Assembly: GCA_029856105.1 (NCBI GenBank)
Contig: JAHQWH010000210.1
Coordinates: 1 to 64,000 of the forward strand
Direction of reading: 5' to 3'
DNA from: Promethearchaeia archaeon
GTDB taxonomy: Archaea > Asgardarchaeota > Lokiarchaeia > Sigyniarchaeales > SOKP01
Length of the DNA stretch: 64,000 nt
A program made the position numbers and the translations under genes. Of the stretch, positions 9,969 to 19,855 are shown in pieces (within the stretch, counting starts at the first letter, position 1; every line of letters starts with the position of its first letter). The notes under the pieces were generated by a model. The model was given only the letters and a program-made list of their open reading frames with translations, made no database searches and was not told the DNA's origin.

Positions 9969-10307
9969 ATGGAAATATTAAACCTTCAAGAAAAAGTTTT
10001 AGACCTTTCTAACGATCAACTAAAAAGTATTTATTCAGCAGCTAGTAGAATAAGTCAAGATAGTATTGAGGAATTAACACCTATCCTATTGAGAATATGC
10101 TTAAACTGCGAGACAGGTGTTTTAAAAGACGAGCTCGGGCGAGTTATCTTTCATTTACAGAAGACAGAGAGATTGGATACTCGAATTGGTCTTGAAAAAC
10201 TTTTACATGGAGCATTAAAAGTAAACGCTAAAGAAGTATTTAGTCTTCTTGAATCTGGTGCGCCAGATGCTAAAGATTTGTCTGAAAGAATAAAATCAAT
10301 TTTATAA
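9969..10307 (+). CDS. Hypothetical helical protein
   Basis: 112-aa ORF, ATG start with GGAGTG upstream. Confidence 0.75.
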   Translation: MEILNLQEKVLDLSNDQLKSIYSAASRISQDSIEELTPILLRICLNCETGVLKDELGRVIFHLQKTERLDTRIGLEKLLHGALKVNAKEVFSLLESGAPDAKDLSERIKSIL

Positions 10308-10346
10308 TGAAAAACCTTTTTTTTCTAATCTTATTTTATTTTAATA

Positions 10347-10628
10347 ATGTCTAATAAAGATAATCAATCTGATTTAGATAAAGCTTGGGAGCATTACAAG
10401 AAAATACGAGAAGCTCTTACGGGTTTATACGAAATTTTGGATTTTAATTTAGAAAAGGACAATATTTTTTACCAATGTGCGCTCGACAACTTAGAAAATT
10501 TAAAAGACACGATTATCGACTTATTAAAAAAGGATTATAATCCCTCCGAAATTAAAATAAAATTGAGAGAGTTAGAATTCGATATGAAGAAAGAGCTTTT
10601 TTTTGAAAAAAAAGAAAAACAAAAATAA
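10347..10628 (+). CDS. Hypothetical small helical protein
   Basis: 93-aa ORF, co-oriented with the previous gene. Confidence 0.7.
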   Translation: MSNKDNQSDLDKAWEHYKKIREALTGLYEILDFNLEKDNIFYQCALDNLENLKDTIIDLLKKDYNPSEIKIKLRELEFDMKKELFFEKKEKQK

Positions 10629-10809
10629 ATCGTTATAGAGAAAGAGTATTTAGATTAATCTTAAGTTTATTTTTGACAATTTGGTATTATTGTTTAATAG
10701 TTCAATATTTCGCATTCAATTTTATTTATAAAGACTGTTGAGTTTTTTTAATATTAATATTAATTAAAATTAATATTAAAAAATTAAATATTAATGAAGT
10801 GAATGTGAA

Positions 10810-11514
10810 ATGCTTATTCTAGAAGGATGGATAGATGGCATAACTGCGTCCGGAGTTGTTATTTTTGGATTAATATTTGGATTATTCTTCTTATTTAAAT
10901 CGCAAAAATCTGGTGCTAGGATTTTAACTTTTTTAGGTTTAGTAAATATTTTAGCAGGACTTATGTATTTAGGTGTCTTTACAGATTTTTTAGTTGTTCT
11001 TGCAACGGAAAACAATTTAGATAATACTACTGGCTTAGTTGGAATATTAAGTTACATTTGGTTCGCACCTGCGATGATAATCGCCCTTTATATCGGTGCT
11101 GAACTCCTAGTACCAAAGAAAAAGTGGTATCTTATGTTCATAATCTTCATTTTAAGCGTTATATTTGAAGTGTTTTTCATCTTAGATCCAATGGGCACTT
11201 TTAATTTCGTTGATCCAGAATTTCCAGGGGAGACATTAATTGATTATAACGTAAACATGTTTACTCCGGCAGGTATTATAATGGCAATTTTATTATTAGC
11301 CGTTTTAGTAATACTTGGCTTTGGGTTCTTAATAAAAAGCATCAAGTCTGGTGGTGTATTAAGGAAAAGATTTTTTCTCTTATCAATGGGATCTATATGC
11401 TTCTGTATTTTCGGATTAATGGAAGGATTAACTGCTCCAGGATTGATGGTAATTTTTGTTAGAATCGGATATTTAACTAGTTTTTGGCTAATGTATTACG
11501 GGCTAAAAACTTAA
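10810..11514 (+). CDS. Stand-alone seven-transmembrane protein of unknown function
   Basis: Seven hydrophobic stretches in 234 aa; no soluble output domain. Confidence 0.75.
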   Translation: MLILEGWIDGITASGVVIFGLIFGLFFLFKSQKSGARILTFLGLVNILAGLMYLGVFTDFLVVLATENNLDNTTGLVGILSYIWFAPAMIIALYIGAELLVPKKKWYLMFIIFILSVIFEVFFILDPMGTFNFVDPEFPGETLIDYNVNMFTPAGIIMAILLLAVLVILGFGFLIKSIKSGGVLRKRFFLLSMGSICFCIFGLMEGLTAPGLMVIFVRIGYLTSFWLMYYGLKT

Positions 11515-11697
11515 ATTTCTTTTTTTTCATTTTTTCATATTAAAATGCAAAAATTATTTGTATTGTATTCAGTTTTTTTCTATTAAATTACAAAAATTGG
11601 TCTATAGTTGTTTTTTATTAGAAAGAATCATTAATTTTATTAGGACTTACAGTCTAAAATATATTTAATGACACTCAATTATAATTATTGTTAAAAT

Positions 11698-12696
11698 ATG
11701 AGTAAAACAAGTTTAAAAAAAGAATTTCAAATAAATAATGATTCTACCATTATTGATATTCAAGACATTAAGAAGTATTTCAAAGATGTTAAAGCCGTAG
11801 ATGGACTCTCTTTAAAAGTAAAGAAAGGAGAATTATTTAGTATTCTGGGTCCCAATGGTGCTGGAAAAACAACCTTAGTTCGAATGTTAACAACTATCTT
11901 AACCCCAACCTCAGGGAATGCTTACATAAAAGGGCACAGCTTAAAAACAGAAAAAAGTGCAATTGTTAGATTTATTGGTGTTTCCCCTCAAGAAGTTGTA
12001 TTATATGATGTTTTAAGAGCTGAAGAAAACGTAGAGTTTGTTGCTCATATGCATGGAATATCAAACAAGGAGACTAAAGAAAAAGCAAAAATCTTATTAG
12101 AAAAATTTGGTATTGCAGGTCGTAAGACTTGGTCAAAAAATTTCTCAGGTGGAATGAAGCGCCGATTGAACCTTGCTATGGCTTTAGTATTCGATCCTGA
12201 AATTCTCTTTCTTGATGAGCCTACTGCTGGTCTTGATCCTCAAGCAAGGCGATTTGTTTGGGATTATATTCGTGAATTAAAGAGTAAAGATATTACGATT
12301 ATTCTTCTGACACATGATATGGTGGAAGCAGATTCTCTTAGTGATCGTGTGGCAATAATCGATCGTGGTAAAATAATTGCTCAAGGAACACCTACCGAGT
12401 TGAAAGAAAAACATGGAAGTGACAATGTGTTAGAGATATCATTTATTGAGCAAATAGATTTGAATAATGTAAAAAATAGTTTAGGAAAAATCTCATTTGT
12501 AACTAATTCAAAAGAAATTATTAAAAAAGGAAGAAAAACACTCCTAATATCTTTCAAAGGTGGTTTGAAAGAATTTATCCACATTCTCCAGTCGGGATTT
12601 ATTAATAATATTAATGAGGTTGAAAATCTGAAATTTCGCCAGAATTCTCTTGAAGATGTATTTTTAAACTTAACAGGAAAGAGGTTAAGAGATTAA
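11698..12696 (+). CDS. ABC-2 type exporter ATP-binding subunit (DrrA/NodI-like)
   Basis: GPNGAGKT, FSGGMKRRL, LFLDEPT, THDM. Confidence 0.95.
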   Translation: MSKTSLKKEFQINNDSTIIDIQDIKKYFKDVKAVDGLSLKVKKGELFSILGPNGAGKTTLVRMLTTILTPTSGNAYIKGHSLKTEKSAIVRFIGVSPQEVVLYDVLRAEENVEFVAHMHGISNKETKEKAKILLEKFGIAGRKTWSKNFSGGMKRRLNLAMALVFDPEILFLDEPTAGLDPQARRFVWDYIRELKSKDITIILLTHDMVEADSLSDRVAIIDRGKIIAQGTPTELKEKHGSDNVLEISFIEQIDLNNVKNSLGKISFVTNSKEIIKKGRKTLLISFKGGLKEFIHILQSGFINNINEVENLKFRQNSLEDVFLNLTGKRLRD

Positions 12697-13497
12697 ATGA
12701 AATTACTGGATAATAAAGCAATTCAAATTGCTATTAAAAATTTCAAGGATAAAATTCGTCATTGGCAATATGTATTTTTTTCTCTCGTACTTCCAATCAT
12801 GTTTACTATTATGTTTTACTTTATGCTTGGAACGGAAGAGCTCCCCTCAGGTAAAACGGCTTTCGATTATGGTTTTCCTGGCATGATAACTTATGCAACT
12901 GCCATTGGAACTATGAACGCAGCAATTATGTTTGCAGGAGAGAGAAGTTCAGGTATGCTTAGTCGATTAGACACAATGCCAACTGGTAGAAAAAATATGT
13001 TCTTAGGAGCTTTAATTTCTGAATCTATCTTTTTATCGCTTCAAATCATCATTATGTTCGTTATTGGATATGCAATTCTTGGTTTATATTTTGAAAGTCC
13101 GCTAGCTTTACTTTTTGGTTTCTTAATTGCAGTTCTTTTTGGTATTTCCTCTGTAGGTTTAGGTATAATAATTGCTAGTATGTCAAAAACAGTTGAAATA
13201 GCAAATGCATTTTCATTGTTGTTTTTTATGGTAATTATTTTCCTTTCAGGAAGTTTGATGCCGTTCGATAGTCCAATCGTCTATTTCACGCCTCCATTCT
13301 GGGCAAAACAAGTATATTTGCAAATTGTTGTAATGGGACACGGATTAGGTGAGAATTTGTACAGCAGCTCATTAATAGGCTCTTCTGCTGAGGTCATCCC
13401 AATTTCTTTATTAGGTGGATTATTGATTGTCGTAGCCTATACAATTGTATTTATAATAATAGGTATTATCATATTCCAGAAAAAAACCAAATTTTAG
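12697..13497 (+). CDS. ABC-2 type exporter permease
   Basis: About six TM segments, ERSSGMLSRL motif, abuts the ATPase gene. Confidence 0.9.
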   Translation: MKLLDNKAIQIAIKNFKDKIRHWQYVFFSLVLPIMFTIMFYFMLGTEELPSGKTAFDYGFPGMITYATAIGTMNAAIMFAGERSSGMLSRLDTMPTGRKNMFLGALISESIFLSLQIIIMFVIGYAILGLYFESPLALLFGFLIAVLFGISSVGLGIIIASMSKTVEIANAFSLLFFMVIIFLSGSLMPFDSPIVYFTPPFWAKQVYLQIVVMGHGLGENLYSSSLIGSSAEVIPISLLGGLLIVVAYTIVFIIIGIIIFQKKTKF

Positions 13498-13515
13498 TAT
13501 GAAAACTTCAAAAAC

Positions 13516-13890
13516 CTATTCCTTTATTTTCCATTTCTTAAGTTTATCAACAGGCTTAGGTAGATGCCCTTCTAACCATTCAGCCGCATCATCTGGGATA
13601 AAGTCCTTTGATTCACACTCTATCACCCAAGATAAAAATTCTTGAGGTCCACCATTCATATATGGTGGGGGAGAAACGGGTTTAAATGATGTAGGTAACC
13701 TCTCCTCTACAGATACATAATTTAATACGTGACCAAGCTCTTGAACAACATTCCACGCTAAAGCATGTTCTATATCAATTGTAAATTTAACCCACCAAAA
13801 ATCCCCTTCAACGCCACTTCCAATAGAATTACCAATCGAGGGGACTTTCTTGAGAAATTGGAGCAATTTGTCAAACAATTTATCTTCCAT
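13516..13890 (-). CDS. Hypothetical protein
   Basis: 124-aa ORF rich in Trp/Pro (WWVKF, PVSPPPYMNGGP, LSWVIE); function not recognised. Confidence 0.75.
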   Translation of the reverse strand: MEDKLFDKLLQFLKKVPSIGNSIGSGVEGDFWWVKFTIDIEHALAWNVVQELGHVLNYVSVEERLPTSFKPVSPPPYMNGGPQEFLSWVIECESKDFIPDDAAEWLEGHLPKPVDKLKKWKIKE

Positions 13891-13957
13891 ATTGACTTGA
13901 AAACGCCCTAATATTTAAAATTATTTGGAGAGTGAAGATATTATTTAACGTACTTTA

Positions 13958-14116
13958 TTATTCACCATTATGTTCATTGAACTCGTTAGGTTTAGCTCCA
14001 CAAAATACCTCAATTTTAAAGAATTTCATCTCTTTATTACAATTTTCGCATTAATATGTACCTGGTTCTTTATTTTCAATAACTAAATTACATTCCTTAC
14101 ACGCGATTGCTTTCAT
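13958..14116 (-). pseudogene. Small zinc-ribbon ORF (CxxC...CxxC) interrupted by an in-frame TAA
   Basis: Manual translation MKAIACKECNLVIENKEPGTY*CENCNKEMKFFKIEVFCGAKPNEFNEHNGE*; internal stop at 14051-14053. Confidence 0.6.
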
Positions 14117-14216
14117 ATTAAATCTATCTATTTTTTTTTTTTCTTTTAATAATTTTAAAAGGCAAATTAAAAATTGCTTTCTTAATTTTTTCAAACAAGT
14201 ATTAATTATCGATTAC

Positions 14217-15251
14217 TTGGTACTAATTTTGTACAAATTTAAATCTGAAGTCAATAAAATTGACGATGTCTATCGAATTAAAATTGACGTTCCATTTGCC
14301 GTAAAGTTCGTTTGTCTTTACCTTTTTAAATTTAATGATCAATACATTCTAATAGATGCTGGTTTAAATATGGGAAATTGGAGTAAACTTCTTTTTTCAG
14401 CGCTTAACGATTTAAATATAACAATTGGAGATATTGATTATTGTTTTATAACACATATTCATATGGATCACATAGGATTAGTAAAAACCCTTAAACGCAA
14501 AAACCCAAATCTGAAAATAGTGATGAACGATATAACTCATAAAGTTTTGAGATGGGAAACAAACGATTCAACTATGGAAGAGGTAAAAGCCGAAGCTAAA
14601 AAAGTTGCAAATCTGATGATAAAATATGGAATTAGCGAAGAAAAAGGGAAAAGAGTGGTTCAATTTTTTACTTTTTGGCCGAAACTTCTGCGCTACCAAA
14701 AACCAGATGTAATTGTGCGCGATAACGATAGATTTTTGGATGATTTAGAAATAATTTGGACACCAGGTCATAGTTTTGGCCACACTTGTATCTTTAATGC
14801 TAAAAAGAAATATCTCTTTGCTGGAGATCACATCTTATCGAGAATTACTCCACACATCGGGAATTTCTTGATTCCTAATACTCTTAAGGAAGAATATGAG
14901 AAGTACGATTTTGATAACATTTTAGAACATTATCTAAACTCGCTGGATCGAATTGATAAGTTAAATACAAAGATAATTTTCCCTGCTCATCAAAACATAA
15001 TATATAATCCACACGAGCGTATTTTAGAGATAAAGAGACATCACGAGAATAGGTTATCTGAAATCTCGAATTTAATTAAAGACAAGCCTATGACGCCATT
15101 CAAGATTTCTCAAATTCATTTTGGAACGGATTTAGACGAATTGAATTCATTTATGGCTTTAAGCGAAGTATTAGGGCATCTTTTTTATCTGGAAAAGCAA
15201 GGAACTGTGCAAAAATTTGAAAAAAGCGGAAAAATTTATTATAAAAATTAA
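14217..15251 (+). CDS. Metallo-beta-lactamase-fold hydrolase with C-terminal winged helix
   Basis: THIHMDHIG, TPGHSFGH, AGDH, PAH. Confidence 0.9.
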   Translation: MVLILYKFKSEVNKIDDVYRIKIDVPFAVKFVCLYLFKFNDQYILIDAGLNMGNWSKLLFSALNDLNITIGDIDYCFITHIHMDHIGLVKTLKRKNPNLKIVMNDITHKVLRWETNDSTMEEVKAEAKKVANLMIKYGISEEKGKRVVQFFTFWPKLLRYQKPDVIVRDNDRFLDDLEIIWTPGHSFGHTCIFNAKKKYLFAGDHILSRITPHIGNFLIPNTLKEEYEKYDFDNILEHYLNSLDRIDKLNTKIIFPAHQNIIYNPHERILEIKRHHENRLSEISNLIKDKPMTPFKISQIHFGTDLDELNSFMALSEVLGHLFYLEKQGTVQKFEKSGKIYYKN

Positions 15252-15377
15252 ATTAGTTTAGAAGTAGTAATCATTAAAATATCAAAACTACATTATTGTA
15301 TAAAATTTTAAATTGTATCCTTTCTAAGTTATTTAATAAGTAAATAAAGATAATTTTATAAATATTATAGAGGGTGA

Positions 15378-16577
15378 TTGTTGATTTCAATATTATTTTC
15401 TCCAATTAAAATTGGAGATTTGGAACTTCAAAATAGATTTGTGCGATCCGCTACCTATGAAGCCATGGCTAAAGAAACAGGAGAAATAACCAACGATTTA
15501 ATTACAATGTATCAAAGATTGGCTAAAGCTGATATAGGCTTAATAATATCCGGTTATATGTTTATTCATCCCAAAGGAAAGGCAATGAAACTGCAAGTTG
15601 GAATTCATAACGATGATATGATGCCCGGATTGAAAAATTTGGTCGATAATGTTCACTCTAATGGAGGGAAAATAGCATTTCAGATAGTTCATGCAGGGAT
15701 GCAGTCTTATAAGGAAATATTAGGAATGCCTCCAAAAGGTCCTTCTGCTGGAATTAGAAGTCCAATAACACTTAAAAAATCAAAAGAAATGAATGAAGAT
15801 GAAATAAATGAATCAATCCAAGCTTTTCCCAACGCAGTTGAAAGAGCAATACAAGTTGGGGTTGATGTAATTCAACTTCATGCTGCTCATGGGTATTTAA
15901 TAAATCAATTTCTATCTCCTTATTTCAATAGGAGAACAGATAAATGGGGTGGCTCTGATGAAAATAATTTTAGGTTTTTTAAAGAAGTAATAATAAAAAC
16001 TAAAAAAACATTGCCAAAAGAAATTCCACTCATAGTAAAACTAAATGTAAATGATTTTAAAGAGGAAGGAATAACACCAGCACTCGCAATTAAATATACA
16101 AAATGGCTTGTTGAGTTGGGAATTGATGGATTGGAAATCAGTTGCGGTTCGCCTCATTATGCTACATATAATATGTGTCGTGGAAGAGTTCCCCTTGAAG
16201 AATATCTCCAGTTTCTACCAAGTTGGCAGAAACCTTTAGCTAAATTAATGTTTAAGAAAATGATCGGAAAATTTGGATTTGATAAACCATATAATGTTGA
16301 TGCCGCAAAAGCTATCAAAACAGCGCTTAATAGTACTCCACTCATGGTTGTTGGAGGCATACGAACATTAAAAGAAATGGAAAATATTTTGGATAATAAT
16401 TATGCAGACATGATTTCTATGTCTCGACCATTTATTAAAGAACCGTTCCTGGTAAAAAATCTAAGAGAAGGAAAGATAAATAAAACTAGTTGTGAATCTT
16501 GTAATCGCTGCTTAGCTGCTGTAGCATGTCATATTCCCGTTAAGTGTTATGTAAATTCATTTCCTAATAAAAAGTAA
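15378..16577 (+). CDS. NADH:flavin oxidoreductase (Old Yellow Enzyme family)
   Basis: NRFVRSAT, QIVHAG, HAAHGYLINQFLSP, NRRTDKWGGS, C-terminal CESCNRC. Confidence 0.92.
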   Translation: MLISILFSPIKIGDLELQNRFVRSATYEAMAKETGEITNDLITMYQRLAKADIGLIISGYMFIHPKGKAMKLQVGIHNDDMMPGLKNLVDNVHSNGGKIAFQIVHAGMQSYKEILGMPPKGPSAGIRSPITLKKSKEMNEDEINESIQAFPNAVERAIQVGVDVIQLHAAHGYLINQFLSPYFNRRTDKWGGSDENNFRFFKEVIIKTKKTLPKEIPLIVKLNVNDFKEEGITPALAIKYTKWLVELGIDGLEISCGSPHYATYNMCRGRVPLEEYLQFLPSWQKPLAKLMFKKMIGKFGFDKPYNVDAAKAIKTALNSTPLMVVGGIRTLKEMENILDNNYADMISMSRPFIKEPFLVKNLREGKINKTSCESCNRCLAAVACHIPVKCYVNSFPNKK

Positions 16578-16680
16578 TGATATAGATAAATAGCTTTTAT
16601 TGAATATAGAAAGAGAACTGGTATGTTAATTACAAAAGTTAAATGTTAGTCAAAAAAGTAATTTGATGGAAAAGATCTCT

Positions 16681-17142
16681 TTAAATAGGCAACCATTCGT
16701 CGCGATTGGTCGTCTTTATCGGCTTTAAAACCACACAAATTCTTTCTACGCTTTTTACATCGTTACGCCCTCGAAAATTTTCAACAAGCGCATCTAATTC
16801 GCTAATCTCTGGAACGTTAACCTTTATTAAAACGCCACATTGGCCTGCGAGAAAATAAACCTCCTCGCATTGAGGGATAATCTGCGTTTCTCTTATCAAT
16901 TCTTTAATTTCCGATTCGTTATTGGGAATTACCGTTAGGAAAGCAATTATACATCTCTCGTCATCTCTACATATTCGAATCGTAAATTTTTCGATAACTT
17001 TTTCGTCTTGTAATTTAATAACGCGTTTTCTTACCGTTGATTCGGATAAGTCAACCTCTTCGGCAATTTCTCGATAAGGACGCCGTGAATCTTCGATAAG
17101 CATTTCTAAAATACGTTTGTCTTTCTCATCTAGGTTTTTCAT
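16681..17142 (-). CDS. Lrp/AsnC family transcriptional regulator
   Basis: LDEKDKRIL...DSRRPYREIAEEVDLSESTVRKRV wHTH plus RAM domain. Confidence 0.92.
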   Translation of the reverse strand: MKNLDEKDKRILEMLIEDSRRPYREIAEEVDLSESTVRKRVIKLQDEKVIEKFTIRICRDDERCIIAFLTVIPNNESEIKELIRETQIIPQCEEVYFLAGQCGVLIKVNVPEISELDALVENFRGRNDVKSVERICVVLKPIKTTNRDEWLPI

Positions 17143-17237
17143 TTCTATTCTTTCCTATTATTTTTTTTTGTTTACAAAGTATAAAAAAATTTTTAATTAA
17201 AATTTTAAAAAAATTATATTATTAGTTTTACTTTGAA

Positions 17238-18191
17238 TTATTTTACGTATTCTGGGTATTCTCCGAGCAAAGGTGCGAAAAGTCTTTCGTACTCAACTGC
17301 CATACAATGAATACCTGCTGCTTTAGTAGTTTTCTTGATCTCTGCAATAAAAGGCTTGAAAAATTCGATGTTTATCTTGTCAATAGCTGCATATTTACCA
17401 GGCTTATTTCCTTTATTATCCTTTTCTGCTTTTTTAAGAGCTTTCAAAAGATCTTTTGGAACGCTAACTCCAGGAATATAGTTATCAAAGTACCAAGCTA
17501 TTCCGTGACTTTTTAATGGAAAGAGTCCAAGAAGCACTGGAACATTGTATTGTTCTAGATCTTTTAGAAAATCTTTTGCGTCGTCAATATCAAACGCTGT
17601 TTGCGTTTGGATAAAATCAACACCACGACCAACCTTACGACCAACCTTCAGGATTTCAGGTTCGCGAGGGTTACTGTTAGGGTTAGCTACGCAACCAAAA
17701 TTCATTTCTATTTTGCCTCCTATTAACTCGTTTCCCTCGTAGTCAGTTCCTTCGTCAATCATAATAGAAAGCATTTCACAGAACTGTGTGCTATCAATGT
17801 CGTAAACTGGGCGGCCTTTTTTGTGATCTCCAAGAGCCGTATGATCCCCTGTGAGAGTGAGAATGTTTTTTAGCCCCAAAATTGCTCCAGATATTACATC
17901 CCCAAAGAGTGCGACTCGATTTCGATCCCTAACTGTGACTTGCCATACTGCTTCAATTCCCGCTTCTTCTTGGACTTTAAAGCTTGGAACCAATGACGAC
18001 ATATAAGCATCGCCTTGTGGACCGTCCGTTACGTTTGCTGCTACGATTCTTTTAGTTTTTTTCATTTCCTTTGCGGAATGGATAATCTCACTAAGATCCA
18101 GAATTTTCTTTGGCTCTAGCTCACCAGTGAAAACAAAATGACCCGCTTCGATCGCTTTGCATAATTGACTATACGCCTTTCTTTTTGCCAT
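17238..18191 (-). CDS. metF: Methylenetetrahydrofolate reductase MetF (copy 2, in the hdr cluster)
   Basis: TGELEP, ANVTDGP, QVTVRDRNR, LTGDH, FIQTQ. Confidence 0.88.
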   Translation of the reverse strand: MAKRKAYSQLCKAIEAGHFVFTGELEPKKILDLSEIIHSAKEMKKTKRIVAANVTDGPQGDAYMSSLVPSFKVQEEAGIEAVWQVTVRDRNRVALFGDVISGAILGLKNILTLTGDHTALGDHKKGRPVYDIDSTQFCEMLSIMIDEGTDYEGNELIGGKIEMNFGCVANPNSNPREPEILKVGRKVGRGVDFIQTQTAFDIDDAKDFLKDLEQYNVPVLLGLFPLKSHGIAWYFDNYIPGVSVPKDLLKALKKAEKDNKGNKPGKYAAIDKINIEFFKPFIAEIKKTTKAAGIHCMAVEYERLFAPLLGEYPEYVK

Positions 18192-18896
18192 TTAATTTTC
18201 CACCTCATTTTTTTCTTCTTCGTTAGTATATTCCTTATTGATAACTAAGTATCCAGGACTGGTAGACGTGCGAAAGTCCCTTGGAGGTCTGTACTTTTTA
18301 AAGAGATCAAGTCTATTAAATTCTTTTAACCTTTCCCAAATGCGCACCCAAGCGCAAGGAATCGTGTAACCGCCTACTTCACACATTCCGTCGACCATTC
18401 CTCCACAGGGTCCGTTACTTAAATGTTTAGCACATCCAGCCCGTGGACATAATCCCCCCGTCTCTCCAATTATACAATCTCCGCACTCTTCACAGTATTC
18501 AATGAAATTATTCTCACCGCTGTTTTGTACGCCTCCAAACATGCTATTTTGGGCGGGGAAAGTTAACTTACTGGGAAGTACTTTATTCAGCATTACGACA
18601 CCAAGGCCACAAGCAAGAGAAACTATAGCTTCGTAGTCGTCGATGTAAGGTCGCACTGTTGTTGCTGCGATTCTATCGTCACATTGTCTTAATACCGTTA
18701 TTGCTTTCCATATTAACTCCTTACCTTCAGTTCGGGCTTTTAATTCTAAAAGTTGTCCAAGAACTTTTGCTTCATTTATGGATCGAGGAGGTTGACAGCA
18801 ACCATCGCATCCAGCTATTAATATCTTGTTATAGCTCTTAACCATTTCATAAATTTCGTTTATGTCTTTTAGTTGTGTAATTATCATATCATACAC
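18192..18896 (-). CDS. metV: MetV subunit (copy 2, in the hdr cluster)
   Basis: GCDGCC, RQCD, ACGLG, CEECGDC..ETGGLCP..CAKHLSNGPCGG..CEV..CAW; abuts metF2. Confidence 0.88.
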   Translation of the reverse strand: MYDMIITQLKDINEIYEMVKSYNKILIAGCDGCCQPPRSINEAKVLGQLLELKARTEGKELIWKAITVLRQCDDRIAATTVRPYIDDYEAIVSLACGLGVVMLNKVLPSKLTFPAQNSMFGGVQNSGENNFIEYCEECGDCIIGETGGLCPRAGCAKHLSNGPCGGMVDGMCEVGGYTIPCAWVRIWERLKEFNRLDLFKKYRPPRDFRTSTSPGYLVINKEYTNEEEKNEVEN

Positions 18897-18970
18897 GCTT
18901 TTTTATTATTGTTTTTTCAGATTTTATTAGATTTTTATTATTTTGTTTAAATCGTAAAAAAATTTTAGTA

Positions 18971-19855
18971 TTATATTTTTAATTTTTCCATTAATTTCGT
19001 TGGTTTTACGCTTCGTTGTTTCAAAGATAGCTTTGCTGTATCGACTCCAAAAGCGATTGCCATTAATTCTGCTAGATATAGAACTGGAATATCGAGTTCT
19101 TTCTCACTTTTTCTGGAGACTAATTTTTCTTTTCTGTCATATTGACTAGCACAAGCGGGACAAACAGCAACCATTCCATCTACTTCTTTGTCGAGATTTT
19201 TTAAGTCTGTCATTTTTTCTTCGACTAAGTTCATTCCTATCTCGTCTTGTAATCTAGCGCAGAACCCACAGCATTCGAGTTTAGCTGCAAATTCTAGGGG
19301 CGAAGCTCCTATAGCTTTTAGTATTTTATCCATGCTTTCAGGCCGTTCGGGATGATCAAATTGCATTATTTTTGAAGGTCTTATAAGATGACAACCATAA
19401 TGTGAAGCAATATTTAAACTATCTAACGGTTTAACAACTTTGCTTTTAATCTTCTCAAGCATCTCATCTTGGCTAAACAATTCTGCGAAATGAAAAACTT
19501 TTGAAGTCCCCTTATATTCGATTCCAAGCTTGCTTAGAACAGTATTAACTCTATCAAATGCTGCCTTATCTTCTTCTAATAAAACATGGACTGTTTTTAA
19601 GGTCTCAAAACATCCAGAACATACGGTCATGATGTCTAATCCAAGTTTTTCGGCAATAGCTAGATTTCTCGCTCCTAATGTTAACCAAGTATCAATATTG
19701 AGCGATTGAGTTGCTACAGGATCGGGACAACAACCCGCTCCCTCCATTTCCTTATACTCTATTCCTAAGATTTTAGAGATTTCTCGAAAGGCTTTTTCAA
19801 AGTGTGGCATTTTCAAAGGGATTGTACACCCTAAATACAACGCATATTCCATCAT
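18971..19855 (-). CDS. hdrB: Heterodisulfide reductase subunit B
   Basis: Two CCG domains: YLGC...GCCPDP...CSGC and HYGCH...ECCGF...CPAC. Confidence 0.92.
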   Translation of the reverse strand: MMEYALYLGCTIPLKMPHFEKAFREISKILGIEYKEMEGAGCCPDPVATQSLNIDTWLTLGARNLAIAEKLGLDIMTVCSGCFETLKTVHVLLEEDKAAFDRVNTVLSKLGIEYKGTSKVFHFAELFSQDEMLEKIKSKVVKPLDSLNIASHYGCHLIRPSKIMQFDHPERPESMDKILKAIGASPLEFAAKLECCGFCARLQDEIGMNLVEEKMTDLKNLDKEVDGMVAVCPACASQYDRKEKLVSRKSEKELDIPVLYLAELMAIAFGVDTAKLSLKQRSVKPTKLMEKLKI

